A stretch of 64,000 nucleotides of DNA from an uncultured Chloroflexia bacterium (GCA_963700285.1 CAVOXA010000010.1:1984001-2048000), one strand, 5' to 3'. Numbered from the stretch's first letter, positions 1-11,277 are shown. Program-made: numbers and translations. Notes: generated by a model not told the origin, from the letters alone.

Positions 1-741
1 GATCCCCGCCAGGCGGCTTGGGACCTGCGCCGGCAGATAAACGCCGCGAGACCGAGTGTCGTAGCCGAAGGCGCTGGTTCTGATGTATCCTGGCCAACTC
101 CCCACGCGGTACGCTCATCAAAAGCCGAGTTGGCCCTGGCCCTGGCCGACATCGGCGCCGTCAAGTTCGGCGAGTTCACCCTGGCCTCGGGCAAGAAATC
201 TCCGATCTACATCGACCTGCGGTTGCTGGCTTCCCACCCCGATGTTCTGCGCCAGGTTGCCCACGCCTATACGCGGCTGATAGAGGAGATCTTGGCGATT
301 GGGGATGCAAAAGCGGCCCGGAGCCTGGATGGGCTTCGCCTGGCTGCCATTCCCTACGCGGCGCTACCCATCGGTACGGCAGTAGCGCTGGAGCTGGGCT
401 TGCCCATGATCTACCCCCGCAAAGAGGTCAAAGCTTACGGCACCGCGCAGCAGATCGAGGGCAGATATAACCCGGGCGAGCGGGCCGTGGTACTGGACGA
501 TCTGATCACTACCGGTGGAAGCAAGCTGGCAGCCATCGAGCCACTGGAAGCAGCCGGGCTGGAGGTTCAGGATGTCGTGGTACTCATTGACCGCGAGGAG
601 GGTGGGCGTGAGGAATTAAGAGACGCCGGCTACCGGCTGCATACAGTACTGTGCCTGGGCGAAATTCTGGATCTGTTGGTCGAAGCAGGACGAATCAGCA
701 AGACGCAGCAACGTCAAGTCCTGGCCATCTTGAGAGGTTGA
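1..741 (+). CDS. pyrE: 3' part of a PyrF-PyrE fusion (OMP decarboxylase C-terminus + orotate phosphoribosyltransferase)
   Basis: Frame is open from base 1 (DPRQAAWDLRRQINAAR, like the PyrF C-terminal helix) into OPRT motifs FGEFTLASGKKSPIYIDLR, RKEVKAYG and VVLDDLITTGGS. Confidence 0.9.
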   Translation, partial: DPRQAAWDLRRQINAARPSVVAEGAGSDVSWPTPHAVRSSKAELALALADIGAVKFGEFTLASGKKSPIYIDLRLLASHPDVLRQVAHAYTRLIEEILAIGDAKAARSLDGLRLAAIPYAALPIGTAVALELGLPMIYPRKEVKAYGTAQQIEGRYNPGERAVVLDDLITTGGSKLAAIEPLEAAGLEVQDVVVLIDREEGGREELRDAGYRLHTVLCLGEILDLLVEAGRISKTQQRQVLAILRG

Positions 742-747
742 GGCAGG

Positions 748-812
748 CATCTTCTGCAAGGTTCTTCTGCAGACATCTTCTGCAAGGTTCTTCTGCAGAC
801 ATCTTCTGCAAA
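748..812. repeat. Tandem repeat of 5 x 13 bp with a 26-bp higher-order unit (CATCTTCTGCAAG/GTTCTTCTGCAGA)
   Basis: Read directly; a degenerate sixth unit runs to about 830. Lies between convergent genes. Confidence 0.9.
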
Positions 813-828
813 CTATTTCTGCCGGCAT

Positions 829-1782
829 CTACTCGCCAATTGCATCGAGGATGGCCTGAGCCATCTGGGCAGGCGTCAGTCCATGGTGCTCCAGCAATTC
901 GTCGGCAGTCCCCGATTGCCCGAACGTATCTCGTACACCCAAACGGAGCAAGGGGGGCGTGCCCCGAACCTCGGAGAGTGTCTCCGCAACAGCACTGCCC
1001 AAGCCGCCACTGACCCAGTGCTCCTCCATCGTCACACCAAGTTCCTTGCCGCCAGCGGCGGCGAGGATTGCTTCTGTGTTCAATGGTTTGATCGTGGCCA
1101 CATTCAGTACGGTGGACTCGAAGCCCTGACCTGCCAGAATTTCCGCGGTATCTATGGCAATGGCGGTCATGATGCCCGTGGCATAGATGGCGATGCTGTC
1201 CCCCTCGCGCATCACGGGAACCGCACCGATTCGGAACCGGTAATCCTCGCCAAAGATGATGGGTGTCGGGTACCGCCCCAGACGGATGTATGCCGGCGTT
1301 GTGATCTCGGCTGCTGCCAATATGGCCTTGTAGGCTTCGGTGGCATCGGCAGGAACCAGCACGGTCATGCCTGGCAGCAGTCGGGTCAACGCAATGTCAT
1401 CGAGAGATTGGTGGGTGGCACCATCGGGGCCCTGGGTCAGGCCAGCACTGACGCCAACGATTTTGACATTCTCCTGCCCGTAACTGAGCTGGAGCCGGAT
1501 CTGATCGTAGGCGCGGCCCGGGATGAACATGGCAAAGGAGGTGGCAAATACGGTCAGGCCGGTGGCGGCCATGCCGGCCGCGGTGCAGACCATGTCGGCC
1601 TCGGCAATACCCATGTCAAAAAATCTCTCCGGGTGCGCCTGCCCAAAATCGTAGGTCTTGTTTGACCGCTGGAGGTCAGAGTCCAGCACGACAATATCCT
1701 GGCGCTGGCGGCCTAGCTCTAGCAAGGCTTCACCGTACGCGTCGCGCGTCTCTACCCTGTCGCCCGGCTTCCACCTTATCAT
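829..1782 (-). CDS. Transketolase, C-terminal subunit (split type)
   Basis: TRDAYGEAL, ERFFDMGIAEADM, DGATHQS, YIRLGR, TIKPL and EEH motifs; ATGA overlap with the upstream subunit. Confidence 0.9.
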   Translation of the reverse strand: MIRWKPGDRVETRDAYGEALLELGRQRQDIVVLDSDLQRSNKTYDFGQAHPERFFDMGIAEADMVCTAAGMAATGLTVFATSFAMFIPGRAYDQIRLQLSYGQENVKIVGVSAGLTQGPDGATHQSLDDIALTRLLPGMTVLVPADATEAYKAILAAAEITTPAYIRLGRYPTPIIFGEDYRFRIGAVPVMREGDSIAIYATGIMTAIAIDTAEILAGQGFESTVLNVATIKPLNTEAILAAAGGKELGVTMEEHWVSGGLGSAVAETLSEVRGTPPLLRLGVRDTFGQSGTADELLEHHGLTPAQMAQAILDAIGE

Positions 1783-2618
1783 GCTACCTCCTCGTCCGGT
1801 GCCAGCAGCCGCATGGCTTCTGCCCACTGCTCCTCGGTGATGGCGGCATTGTGGAACTGAAACTTGCCTTCCATGAATGAGACCCCTTTGCCCTTGACCG
1901 TCTTGGCGATAATCACCGTAGGCTTGCCCTTGACGACCTCAGCCTCGTCCAGCGCGTCACAGATCTGGCGCAGGTTGTGCCCGTCCACGGTTATTGCCTG
2001 CCAACCAAACGCTTCCCATTTTGGAGCCAAGGGCTCTAGCTGTTTGGCCTCGTCCACCTGGCCCTGACTCTTTAGGCTATTCCTGTCCACGATGGCGCAC
2101 AGGTTGTCGAGCCGGTGGGTCGAACTCCCCATTGCTGCTTCCCAGACCTGGCCCTCGTGCAGCTCACCGTCGCCCAAGAGGCAGTATACCCGGATGCCCA
2201 GTTTGCGGATCCGGGCCGCCATGGCGATCCCGTTGGCAAACGACAACCCTTGGCCCAACGATCCGGTGCAAGCCTCAAGGCCCGCTGTCATGCAGGCATT
2301 GGGATGGCCTTGGAGGACGCTGCCCATCTGCTTCAGAGTAGCCAAGTCCTTCATGGAAAGGACGCCCATCTTGGCCAGGGCTGCATACTGTGTCGGGACC
2401 GTGTGCCCCTTGCTCATCACGAAACGATCTCGATCGTCCCACGCGGGATCGGATGGATCATAGCGCATTTTGTAAAAATACAGAGCGGTGATCAGCTCCA
2501 CGATGGACAGGGAGCCGCCAAAATGATGAGGCTTGTCCGCACCCATCATCCTGATAATGTGGTAGCGCAGCTCGCGGGCGGTAGCCTCAAGCTCGGCCAG
2601 CTTGCGATCGTCAACCAT
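1779..2618 (-). CDS. Transketolase, N-terminal (TPP-binding) subunit
   Basis: DRDRFVMSKGH, LQGHP, TGSLGQG, GDGELHEGQVWEA and KGKG motifs. Confidence 0.92.
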   Translation of the reverse strand: MVDDRKLAELEATARELRYHIIRMMGADKPHHFGGSLSIVELITALYFYKMRYDPSDPAWDDRDRFVMSKGHTVPTQYAALAKMGVLSMKDLATLKQMGSVLQGHPNACMTAGLEACTGSLGQGLSFANGIAMAARIRKLGIRVYCLLGDGELHEGQVWEAAMGSSTHRLDNLCAIVDRNSLKSQGQVDEAKQLEPLAPKWEAFGWQAITVDGHNLRQICDALDEAEVVKGKPTVIIAKTVKGKGVSFMEGKFQFHNAAITEEQWAEAMRLLAPDEEVA

Positions 2619-2663
2619 TGGGTTGCCTCCAACCTCTTTTTCCCTTCACCTGGGGAGAGATTC

Positions 2664-3704
2664 TCAATCCACTGGATACAGCAGGATCTTGTGCGCTTCC
2701 AGCGCTTCGAGCTTGTGGAAAGCTTCTTCCCAGCGGGTGATGGGCCAGATCTCGCTGATCAGAGACTCGGTATCGATCTTGCCCTGGCTCATCAACCCGA
2801 GACAGGTTTCCCAGGTCGTCCAGGTATGGCTGAAGGCGCCTTGATAGGTGACGACTTTGGCCACGATCTCGTCCAGGGTCAGGTTCACAGGCTGCAAGGA
2901 CCAACCTATCTTGGTGATCTGTCCATTCTGGCGGACGATCTCCAGCGACTGCTGAATTGCTGGCGGCACGCCGGCGGCATCAATCACCAGGTGCGCGCCC
3001 AGCCCGTCTCCAAGCCCCTGGACGACCTCCACCGGGTCCTGCTCGCCTACATCGACCGTGATATCGGCGCCAAGTCTGGCAGCTAGCTCGAGCCGGGCGC
3101 CATCTCGCTTCGTACCAGTGACCACAATGGTTCCGGCGCCCGAGAGCTTGGCCACCTGGAGCGCAAACAAGCCTACAGGCCCGGGGCCGATGATGACCAC
3201 GACGTCACCCGGGGTTACGCGGCTCTTCTCAGCAACGGCGTTATAGGCCACGCAGATCGGCTCGGTCATTGCCGCGGCTTGGTAGCTTACCCCATCGGGG
3301 AGATGGTGGAGCCGGAGATACTTGGCCCGGACATACTTGGTAAAGGCCCCATCCACGGCAAAGCCGAAGGCTCTTCGCTCCGGGCAGACGTTGTACGAGC
3401 CTGAACGGCAGAGGGCACAGACGCCGCAGGTTTCGGCCGCGGTTTCGCAGGTTACCCGGTCGCCGGCGGCAAAGCCCTTGACCTGCGACCCGACCTCTAC
3501 GATCTCCCCTGACCATTCGTGCCCCAAGATGACGGGTGGGCGGGCAAGAAGGGTAAGCTGGCCGTGGTACATGTGTGGCTCGCTGCCACAGATCCCGCAG
3601 TACTTGACCTCAACCAGGCATTCCTCTGGGCCGATGGAGGGTACCGGAACATCGCGGATCTCAACGGACTTGTCGATCTTGTCATAGAGGACAACTGCTT
3701 TCAT
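2664..3704 (-). CDS. Zn-dependent alcohol/polyol dehydrogenase (MDR family)
   Basis: CGICGSE, GHEWSG, structural Zn CGVCALC...C, and GPGPVG. Confidence 0.9.
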   Translation of the reverse strand: MKAVVLYDKIDKSVEIRDVPVPSIGPEECLVEVKYCGICGSEPHMYHGQLTLLARPPVILGHEWSGEIVEVGSQVKGFAAGDRVTCETAAETCGVCALCRSGSYNVCPERRAFGFAVDGAFTKYVRAKYLRLHHLPDGVSYQAAAMTEPICVAYNAVAEKSRVTPGDVVVIIGPGPVGLFALQVAKLSGAGTIVVTGTKRDGARLELAARLGADITVDVGEQDPVEVVQGLGDGLGAHLVIDAAGVPPAIQQSLEIVRQNGQITKIGWSLQPVNLTLDEIVAKVVTYQGAFSHTWTTWETCLGLMSQGKIDTESLISEIWPITRWEEAFHKLEALEAHKILLYPVD

Positions 3705-3729
3705 GAGTTCAATCCCCTTCGTCTTTTGT

Positions 3730-4525
3730 CTAAGCCGCCGTCCAGCCGCCATCCACGTAGAGGACATGGCCCGTAATAAAGTTGGACGCCGGCGACGCCA
3801 AAAAGACCGCAGCGCCGAAAAGATCCCAGATCTGGCCAACCCGGCCCATAGGGATGCGGCTCAGGACCCATTCGCGCGTAGGCGGATCGTCGAGCATAAA
3901 GGCGTTCAGGTCCGTGCGGATGAATGTCGGGGCGATGGCATTGACATTGATGCCCTTTTGGGCCCACTCGATGGCCAGTGACTTGGTCAGAAGGTTGATC
4001 GCCCCCTTGCTGGCCGGGTAGGCCGGATCATTGGCCCGGCCCTGCATGCCCCGCACCGAGGACATGTTGATGATCTTGCCCTGTTTCTGGCGGAGCATGA
4101 CCTTGCCCACTTCTTTGCAGCAGAGGAAGGTGCCTTCCAGATTCACACGGATAATCTTGCGCCATTCCTCCATGGGGAACTCGATGGTCGGTTTGAGGCT
4201 TACGATGCCCGCCGAGTTCACCAGGATGTCAATGCGCCCAAACTCGTCGAGCATGCTGCTGGACCATCGACTGAACCTGCGCCTCGTCGGTGATATCGAC
4301 GGCAAGTGGCAGGGCGCGCCGTCCTAGTGAACGGATCTCCTCGGCCACGGCTTCCACGTCAGCTAGCGTGCGGCTGACCGGGGTCACGTGGGCGCCCGCT
4401 GCTGCCAGGGCCAGGGCGATGCCGCGCCCCAGACCACGGCTGCCCCCGGTGACAACGGCTACCTTATCGGTCAGCGAAAACAGACCGGGAACGGCCTCAA
4501 GTTTTTCGCCAGGTATCTTTTCCAT
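3730..4525 (-). CDS. SDR oxidoreductase (KduD/gluconate 5-dehydrogenase-like), frameshifted near 4260
   Basis: TGGSRGLG in ORF 4229-4537; NSAG, YPASKG and VDGGW in ORF 3730-4305. Confidence 0.85.
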
Positions 4526-4669
4526 CCTCCCCTCCAAATAGTAGGAGCGAGGTCTCCCCGGCAGAACCTGTGCACCTCAACGCTCTATTGTCCTTCGTAA
4601 AACGTTGCCTTGCGCGTTCCGTATTCGGGATGCCTCGCTCCTGGATTGCGAAAGCCTCTACGGCTCGTC

Positions 4670-5374
4670 CTAATCCTCCAGCACGGCCACAGCCCGGATG
4701 GGTGAGCCGCTGCCGTTGCGGATCTTGAGCGGCAAGCCGATGAACTGGAAGCGCTTGCCTACCACCGGTCGCAGGTCGCCCAGATTCTCGATGTTCAGCG
4801 TCTGCATTTCGCGGCAGACCTGGTGTGCTGGGTAGCTCGTGGTCCCGGCGCAGTCGTGGCTGGGCGCATCCTGGCCGATGTTGATCGCTCCCGAGCCATA
4901 GATGATACTCGGCGGCCTCGCGGCTCAGCCCTGGATAGTCGGTCAGCCAGGCGTCGGTGCCCCAGGTTCGCACATAGTGGCCCGAGTACATGAGTACCGT
5001 GTCGCCCTTGCGGATGTCCAGGCCGTGCTTGTCTAGCGCGGCTTTGATGTCCGCCACCGTGTACTCGGTCTTGGGCGGGATGTGCGACAGGTCGATACAG
5101 ATGCCCCCGGTGTAGAACCAGTCAAGGGGGATCTCGTCGATGGTGGGCGCGCCCGGGGAGGGATCGATGTGGCTGATCGAGTCTACGTGGGTCGTGACCG
5201 TGGGTGCTCATCTCGATCTTTTCGGCCGTATAGCTATAGTTCTCGGTGAACCGACCAGACTTGACCGTCTCTTCGTGGGTGGCCACGACAGTGACCTCGG
5301 TCTCAGGATGACCCGGCCAGACCGGCGGCGCCCGTGTAGATTTCCTGGCTCAAGTCAATCAGCTTGTAGCCCAT
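4670..5374 (-). CDS. Cyclase (kynurenine formamidase-like) family hydrolase, several frameshifts
   Basis: MGYKLIDLSQEIYTG start, THVDS, DIRKGDTVLMYSG, C-terminal KIRNGSGSPIRAVAVLED; paralog of 28349-29050. Confidence 0.8.
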
Positions 5375-5557
5375 ACATTTCCTCGCTTTCATATGCGTCA
5401 ATCCATCCTCACCAGGTTGCCATCCCTGGATGGAAGGGAGATCTCATCCTTCTCCTTGAAGGAGAGACTAGGCGAGGGTGAGACCCCAATGCTTCGATGA
5501 TTGGCAGCTTTGCCGGAGCCTCACCCTCCCCCAGCCCCTCCTTCGGGGGGCTTGACC

Positions 5558-6000
5558 TCAAACTGTCTGGATGATCTCCAGCGACACACCATCTGGGTCA
5601 AAGAAGTAGGTCCAGCGCCAGCCTTCCATCGGGCCAGCGGGAATCGTCGCCGGCGGCGCGGTAAAACGCACACCGTGCGTCCAGCATCCGCTGGTACACG
5701 GCGTCGATGTCCTCCACCTGGAAGGCGATGTGCATCGCTCCGACATCGTTGTTGCTGCGATCGTAGGGCCGGCCCTTGGCGGTGACATACTCGATCAACT
5801 CTACCTGGGCCTCGTCCAGCCCGCAGGATGGCCAGTTTGACCTTGGCCTTGGCTACGCCCAGTGCCTTGGAGCGATCGTCGCCGCTGCGCTCGCTCTCCT
5901 CGGTCATCACCAGTTCCAGGCCCAGTACGTCGCGGTAGAACGCGATAGATCGTTCCAGGTCGCTGACAGTGATGCAGGTGTGATGGACGCCCTTGATCAT
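5558..6000 (-). CDS. VOC/glyoxalase-family protein, frameshifted
   Basis: HHTCITVSDLERSIAFYRDVLG, HIAFQVEDID and YFFDPDGVSLEI. Confidence 0.8.
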
Positions 6001-6079
6001 AACTGTCTCCAAAGATCCTCCAGGTCTGGGGAGACGGGGCAGCTGGCGCCACCCCGTCTTTTCGTCTGTCCAGGCTGGC

Positions 6080-7173
6080 CTAGAGACCGATCTTGTCTCC
6101 AAGATCCTCAACCCAGTCTCCGACCTTGTCTACCAAGGCTTCGATGGGATGATCGGCACGCTCTTTCTCTTCCAGTGCCCGCAGAACCACCTCGGGTGAG
6201 GCCGGGTACTGGTCGATCCAGACGCCGATTGCGTCGTGGATGGCGGCCATGATGGCCGGCGGTGGCCCATTGGTCGATCCTTCGGAAAAGCCCTTGGCAC
6301 CTTTGACGCCCATTGGGTGCGGGACTTCCTCAATAGCCCCACAGGAACTCGTCCGGATAGTCCATAAAGGTGGGCAGGGCATAGTCCGAAAAGTTCTCTG
6401 GCGCCCAGTCGGCATTCGGGATAGTAGGGGTAGGCGTTCTCGATGAGGGCCGTACCCAGACCGCAGTGCATGCCGCCGGTGATCTGCTGGCGCACCAGCA
6501 GCGGGTTGACCGCCTTGCCGACCTCCCACACCTGGGTCATCTTGGTCACATCGACCACGCCGGTTTCTGTGTCGACCTCGACCTCGACGACGCAGGCGCC
6601 AAAGGAGATGGCACCGACAGCAGGCATCGCGCCTGTCTCCGGGTCATGGGCGTGGAACCGGGCCGGCTGCCAGGCTCCCGTGCCCACCAGCAGGGCCGGA
6701 TCGTGCACCGCCGCCGAACATGGACGCTCCGCCGACCTCAGCCAGCGTCATCGAGCGGCCTTCGGGCAGCACCCTTGACAAAGACCTTGCCGTCTGCGTA
6801 TTCTAGGTCGTCCGGGTGTGCCTCCAGCAGGTCTGCGGCGTACTCGCGGATCTTTTTCTTTAGGTCCTCGGCGGCATTTTCCACCGCGTGAGGGTCGATC
6901 AGCGTCACACGACTGGCAAAGCTGCCCAGGCTCAGCGGGGCAAAGTCGTCGGCAAAGTTGCTGGCAAAGATGTTCTCGATGGGCACTTCCATGCAGTCGG
7001 CCGCGAACTGGCGGAGGATGGTGGTCGAGCCCTGGCCCAGGTCCACGGCGCCGACCAACAGGACCAGGGTGCCATCGGGTTTGAGTTGGATTGCTGCATT
7101 GCTGGGATCGCCTGCTCCCTTGTTGCCGCTGGGATGCAGAACGCAGAGCCATCCCGACACCTTTCTTTTTCAT
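6080..7173 (-). CDS. Molybdenum hydroxylase, medium Mo subunit (NdhM-like), frameshifted
   Basis: MKKKGVGM start, DLGQGSTT, FASRVT, VEVEVDTETG, GKAVNP, QITGG, and KGAKGFSEG (catalytic Glu region). Confidence 0.8.
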
Positions 7174-7178
7174 CGCTG

Positions 7179-8485
7179 CTACCTCCCTCGTGAACTCATG
7201 GCCAGGAGATGCTCTGGCAGCTCGATCCCGGCCAGCTCGGCGGCGGCCTTCATGGCCTCCAGCGCCCCGGCGCCCCGGACCTCGTAGCGCGAAATGCCAA
7301 TGTCGCCATCGCGCCAGGCATTGATGAAGCGCAGTTCCCACTGATCCATGCCGATGGCTTCGGCGACCTTGCTCATCTGCATTTCCATGGGGAACTGGCC
7401 GTTCATGATCGTAAAGCCGCGCATTGAGCTGGAGCCGGCCTTGTTGGTGAGAACACACTGGCCGTCCATCCGCATGTTGGGGATGTGGTACGGGCCACAG
7501 GCAAACATCCCACCCTTTTCCACGCCGTAGGGCGAGAAGCCGCCATAGGCGCCGGCATCGTGCCACATCTTGATATGGTTGGCCGTGAGCCGTCCATCCT
7601 TCTTGACGCCTGTCTTGTACTCCAGGACAAAGACACCGCGCTTGGTCGAGTAGAGCAGGTCCTCGCGGCGGCTCATGCGGTACTTGACCGGCCTTCTGAA
7701 CTTGATGCGCCGCCAGACCGGCAAAGTGGTCGGCGTGGATGTGGTTCTTGCCGCCAAAGCCACCGCCGACGATGCCGCCGATGTAGCGGATCTGGCTCAT
7801 GGGCAGGTCAAAGATGGCGGCCAACTGCCCCAACTGGAAGTAGAGGCACTGGCTGTGGGTGTGGATCGCCAACCGCTCGGCATCGTCAAAGTAGGCCACC
7901 GAGACCATCGGTTCCATGGCGGCGTGATCCTGCTCGCCGGTCTGGTAGCGACCTTCGACGATATAATCCGCCTCGGCGAAGCCCTGCTTCACGTCGCCGA
8001 CGTACATGACGCGCGTCGTCATGCCGGGCCCATATTCCCAAAGGTTGCTCTTCAGGTCGGGCCGGACGAGCGGGGCATCGGGCTCCATGGCCTTGAACAT
8101 GTCAAAGACTGGCTCTTGCTCCTCGATGTCCAGCTTGACCTTTTCCAGGGCTTCCTGCAGGTGTCTTCGTCCACGGCCACGACCAGCGCGATGTCCTCGC
8201 CTTTGTAGGCGGATGTACTTGTCGGCCAGAACCGGCTGATCGCCACATGCGCCGTAGCAGCTTGGCCCCGGGGATGTCATCGGCGGTTACGAATCCGACC
8301 ACACCAGGCATCTTTTCCGCTGCCGAGAAGTCGATGCTGCGGATGATCCCCTTGTGGACCGGGCTGCGCAGGGCCTTGGCATACAGCATGCCGGGGAGCA
8401 CAAAGTCGTCCACAAACTTGGTCTGGCCCTTCACCTGCCCGATTCCGTCGTACCGTGGCATTGCCTTACCAACGTATTCGGTCAT
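7179..8485 (-). CDS. Molybdenum hydroxylase, large Mo subunit (NdhL-like), frameshifted
   Basis: VGKAMPRYD...LPGMLYAKALRSP, DHAAMEP, GGGFGGK, DAGAYG, GPYHIPN and MRGF. Confidence 0.85.
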
Positions 8486-8497
8486 GGTTCCTACTCC

Positions 8498-8966
8498 TTA
8501 TACTCGCCAGCGGCCACTGCCTGGATCGCTTCGACGACCTCTTCGTAGCTTCCGCAGCGACACAGGTTGCCGGACATGTAGATCCGGATCTCGTCCCGGG
8601 AGGGATTGGGATTGCTGATCCAGCAACGCCTTGGCGCTCATGAGCATTCCTGGGGTGCAAAAGCCGCACTGGAAGGCGCCATGCTCGTGGAACGCCTTCT
8701 GCAGTGGATGCAATTCTCCATCGGCACTCAGGCCCTCGACCGTCAGGACCTGCCTTACCAGCGACCGTCAGAGCGATGGTCAGGCAGGAGCGGACCGGTT
8801 CGCCGTCGATGAGGACGGTGCAGGTACCACAGTCGCCGTCGTCGCAGCCGCGCTTTGGACCTGTCACGCCGAGTTTCTCCCGGAGGACGTCAAGGAGCGT
8901 CTCGGTAGGCGTGACGATGACATCCACCGGGGAGCCGTTCAGGGTAAATGATAGTATCTGTTTCAT
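8498..8966 (-). CDS. Molybdenum hydroxylase 2x[2Fe-2S] subunit (NdhS/CoxS-like), frameshifted
   Basis: [21 protein letters not shown] and NLCRC. Confidence 0.9.
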
Positions 8967-8989
8967 GGTTGCTTCGCCTCCTTGCTCGC

Positions 8990-9840
8990 CTAAACGCCAG
9001 CAGCCTGGGCCAGAGCCCGGGCAACGAGCGCCGTCGCCGCCTTGCTCGCGGTACCAGGCCGTGGCACGCTGGTCGTCGATGGGGCTGCTCTCGGCGACCG
9101 CCTGTGGCAGCGCACTCGGCGATCAATGCCTCGTCGAGCGCCTTGCCCTTGATCATTGCCTCGGCCTTGGTGCAGCGCAATCGGCGTCGGCGCCATCGAC
9201 CCAAGCACAATGCGTGCATCCTTGCAGACCTTGCCGTCCATTTCCAGCCGCACCGCCGCGGATGCGATGGAGCAGGTCTGGGCCTTGCGCAGCCCGATCT
9301 TTTTGAATACAGCCTTGCCTGCGAGCAGCGGCACGTGGATCTCGACGATCAGCTCATCTGGCGTGCGCACCGTCTCCCCAGGCCCGGTGAAAAAGTCCTT
9401 GACCGGCACCACCCGCTCGCCCTCGGCGCTGGCCAGGAGCACTTCGGCATCCATGACCATAAGCGATGGGATCAGGTCCCCGGCTGGCGAAGCGGTCCCC
9501 AGGTTGCCGCCGATGGTAGCCACAGTGCGGATGGCCGGGCTGCCATGGGTCTTGGCCGCATCCGCGAGCACGCGGAATTTCTGGCGATCAGAGTCGCTGG
9601 CGATCAACTGGGCTGCCAGTCGTGCCGGCACCGATCACCAGCTTTCCGTCCTCTTCTTTGATATAGTCCAGACCCAGCCCGCCGATGTAGAGCAGTGCGC
9701 CTGGCTTGATCTCGTAGTAGTTGAGCTGCGGCCACGAGATCGGTGCCGCCAGCCAGGATCGCCGCCTTGTCGCCGTGCTCGGCGAGCAGTTTGACCGCTT
9801 CGCCGACTTCGGTCGGCGCGAAATAGCTGACTTCTCTCAT
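8990..9840 (-). CDS. Molybdenum hydroxylase FAD subunit (NdhF/CoxM-like), frameshifted
   Basis: LAGGTDL, IRTVATIGGNL and SPAGD. Confidence 0.88.
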
Positions 9841-10070
9841 GAGTAAACCCTCCGTTTCTCACCATAGAGTCTTTCCGAGTGTTCACTTGAGTCTTGCCAC
9901 CTTCCAGGTTCGATGCCTCTTAACCTCCTCTCTTCCCCTTCCTTGGGGTGCTGGCCACCTCGGTTCGTTTGCTGCATAGCCAGGATACCTGGCAACTGCT
10001 CGTTAGCTACCTAGCCTGTGCGGGGGAACGAGTTCGACTTGTACATGGTGGTGGACGAGATTGCCTCGGC

Positions 10071-10139
10071 ATCGATAACCGATTATCGATTGTTCTTCCA
10101 TTCAGGCCAGATTCTACCACAAGCCGTCAGAGGTGTCAA
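10071..10139 (-). promoter_or_regulatory. Sigma70 promoter for the Mo-hydroxylase operon plus downstream operator
   Basis: Minus-strand TTGACA (10139-10134), 17 bp, TAGAAT (10116-10111) with extended TG; near-palindrome ATCGATAACCGATTATCGAT at 10071-10090. Confidence 0.75.
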
Positions 10140-10458
10140 ATAGACTGGCAGGGCAGTTGCATATCGTTTTCGGTGGGAATCGCACTGTGGGCAGACCTCC
10201 CGGCGATGAAGCCGCTTCGCTACCAAGTCGACCGGACTACAGAGCAACGCCCCATGATACTGGGGCTTCAGGGCCGGTTCGCTGTTCTCCAGCCGGCCTC
10301 AACTGAATGGCAACTAGAGTGCTCTTTGTCCCCGGATCGGGTATTTTGGAGCGATACAATGAGGGCTCGCGCGTGCCTCGAGTTGCTGCGGTATTCGGGG
10401 ACATGGCCGCGCGGGAGCACGTCAGCTTCCACAGCTCCCGCACGGCGGTGTTCGAAGT

Positions 10459-11019
10459 TTAGGCTTCTGCCGGGACTTTGGCTTCGGCTTCGTCCGGGGC
10501 CTCGAATTTCTGGTAGAATTTGCCCCACAGGCCGTAGAGCCAGACCGTCAGCCAGCCGTTGAGGAAACCGAATGCCATCGACAGGGCTACCAGGATGGTC
10601 ACTGTCACGTAATCTCCGGGGACAGCGAACTCCTGCGCTGGCCACCAGTAGAAATACGCTGCAAAGAAAAGGCCAGCCCCCTGAAAATAGGCTGGCACAG
10701 AGGAAATGGGTTTGACCCGCTCAGCTAACAGGATGATCAGAGCGGCCCAGAACGCCACTGAGAGCGTCAGGGACCAGACCCCCAGGCCGGGCGTCGCCAG
10801 GAACTGCACGATGATGGCGATGGCAAACAGCTCACCCAGGATGAAACACAGTGCTCCCCACAGGCCGGTCTTCAGAGTGCCGCCCAGCAAGAAGTAGAGT
10901 GCCCAGCAGGTGAAGCTCACAAACACAATCAACTGGGAAACATAGGCCGAGACCAGCATGAGGGGCAGTACCAGCAGAAAGATGATGATCGGATGGGCGA
11001 GTACATTCAGCAGTTTCAT
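10459..11019 (-). CDS. DUF1097-like integral membrane protein
   Basis: 186 aa, about 5-6 hydrophobic segments, WALYFLLGG and VPAYFQG motifs; RBS AAAGGAG. Confidence 0.7.
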   Translation of the reverse strand: MKLLNVLAHPIIIFLLVLPLMLVSAYVSQLIVFVSFTCWALYFLLGGTLKTGLWGALCFILGELFAIAIIVQFLATPGLGVWSLTLSVAFWAALIILLAERVKPISSVPAYFQGAGLFFAAYFYWWPAQEFAVPGDYVTVTILVALSMAFGFLNGWLTVWLYGLWGKFYQKFEAPDEAEAKVPAEA

Positions 11020-11216
11020 GAAGCAATTCTCCTTTCTTGTTGACCTAGATACTTTTGCTCAACAAATCTCCACTCTGTGAGGTTTTTCCCTCCTTCCAGA
11101 CCATGGATCGGCCAGAGCAAGATGGACGCCTGCCAGGTCCAGTCCTGCTTGCCCCCTTGGCCATCGCAACTGCAGTGGTGCTAGATGTCAGATACCCATG
11201 GGTCAAGTTTCTCGCC

Positions 11217-11277
11217 ATCGATAATCGATAATCGAGAACTTGAGGCCAATTGTACCACACACCGGATCTACTGTCAA
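11217..11277 (-). promoter_or_regulatory. Sigma70 promoter plus operator for the DUF1097 gene
   Basis: TTGACA (11277-11272), 17 bp, TACAAT (11254-11249); ATCGATAATCGATAATCGA at 11217-11235. Confidence 0.75.

Noticed and set aside
5400-5550. ncRNA between the cyclase and VOC genes
   Set aside because: Only degenerate CCCTC/GAGGG REP-like hairpins are present; no recognisable RNA family.
6080-9840. Aerobic Mo-Cu CO dehydrogenase (suggested by coxD/coxE-like genes)
   Set aside because: The AYXCSFR active-site loop is absent (SSMRGF instead) and the Mo subunit is split.
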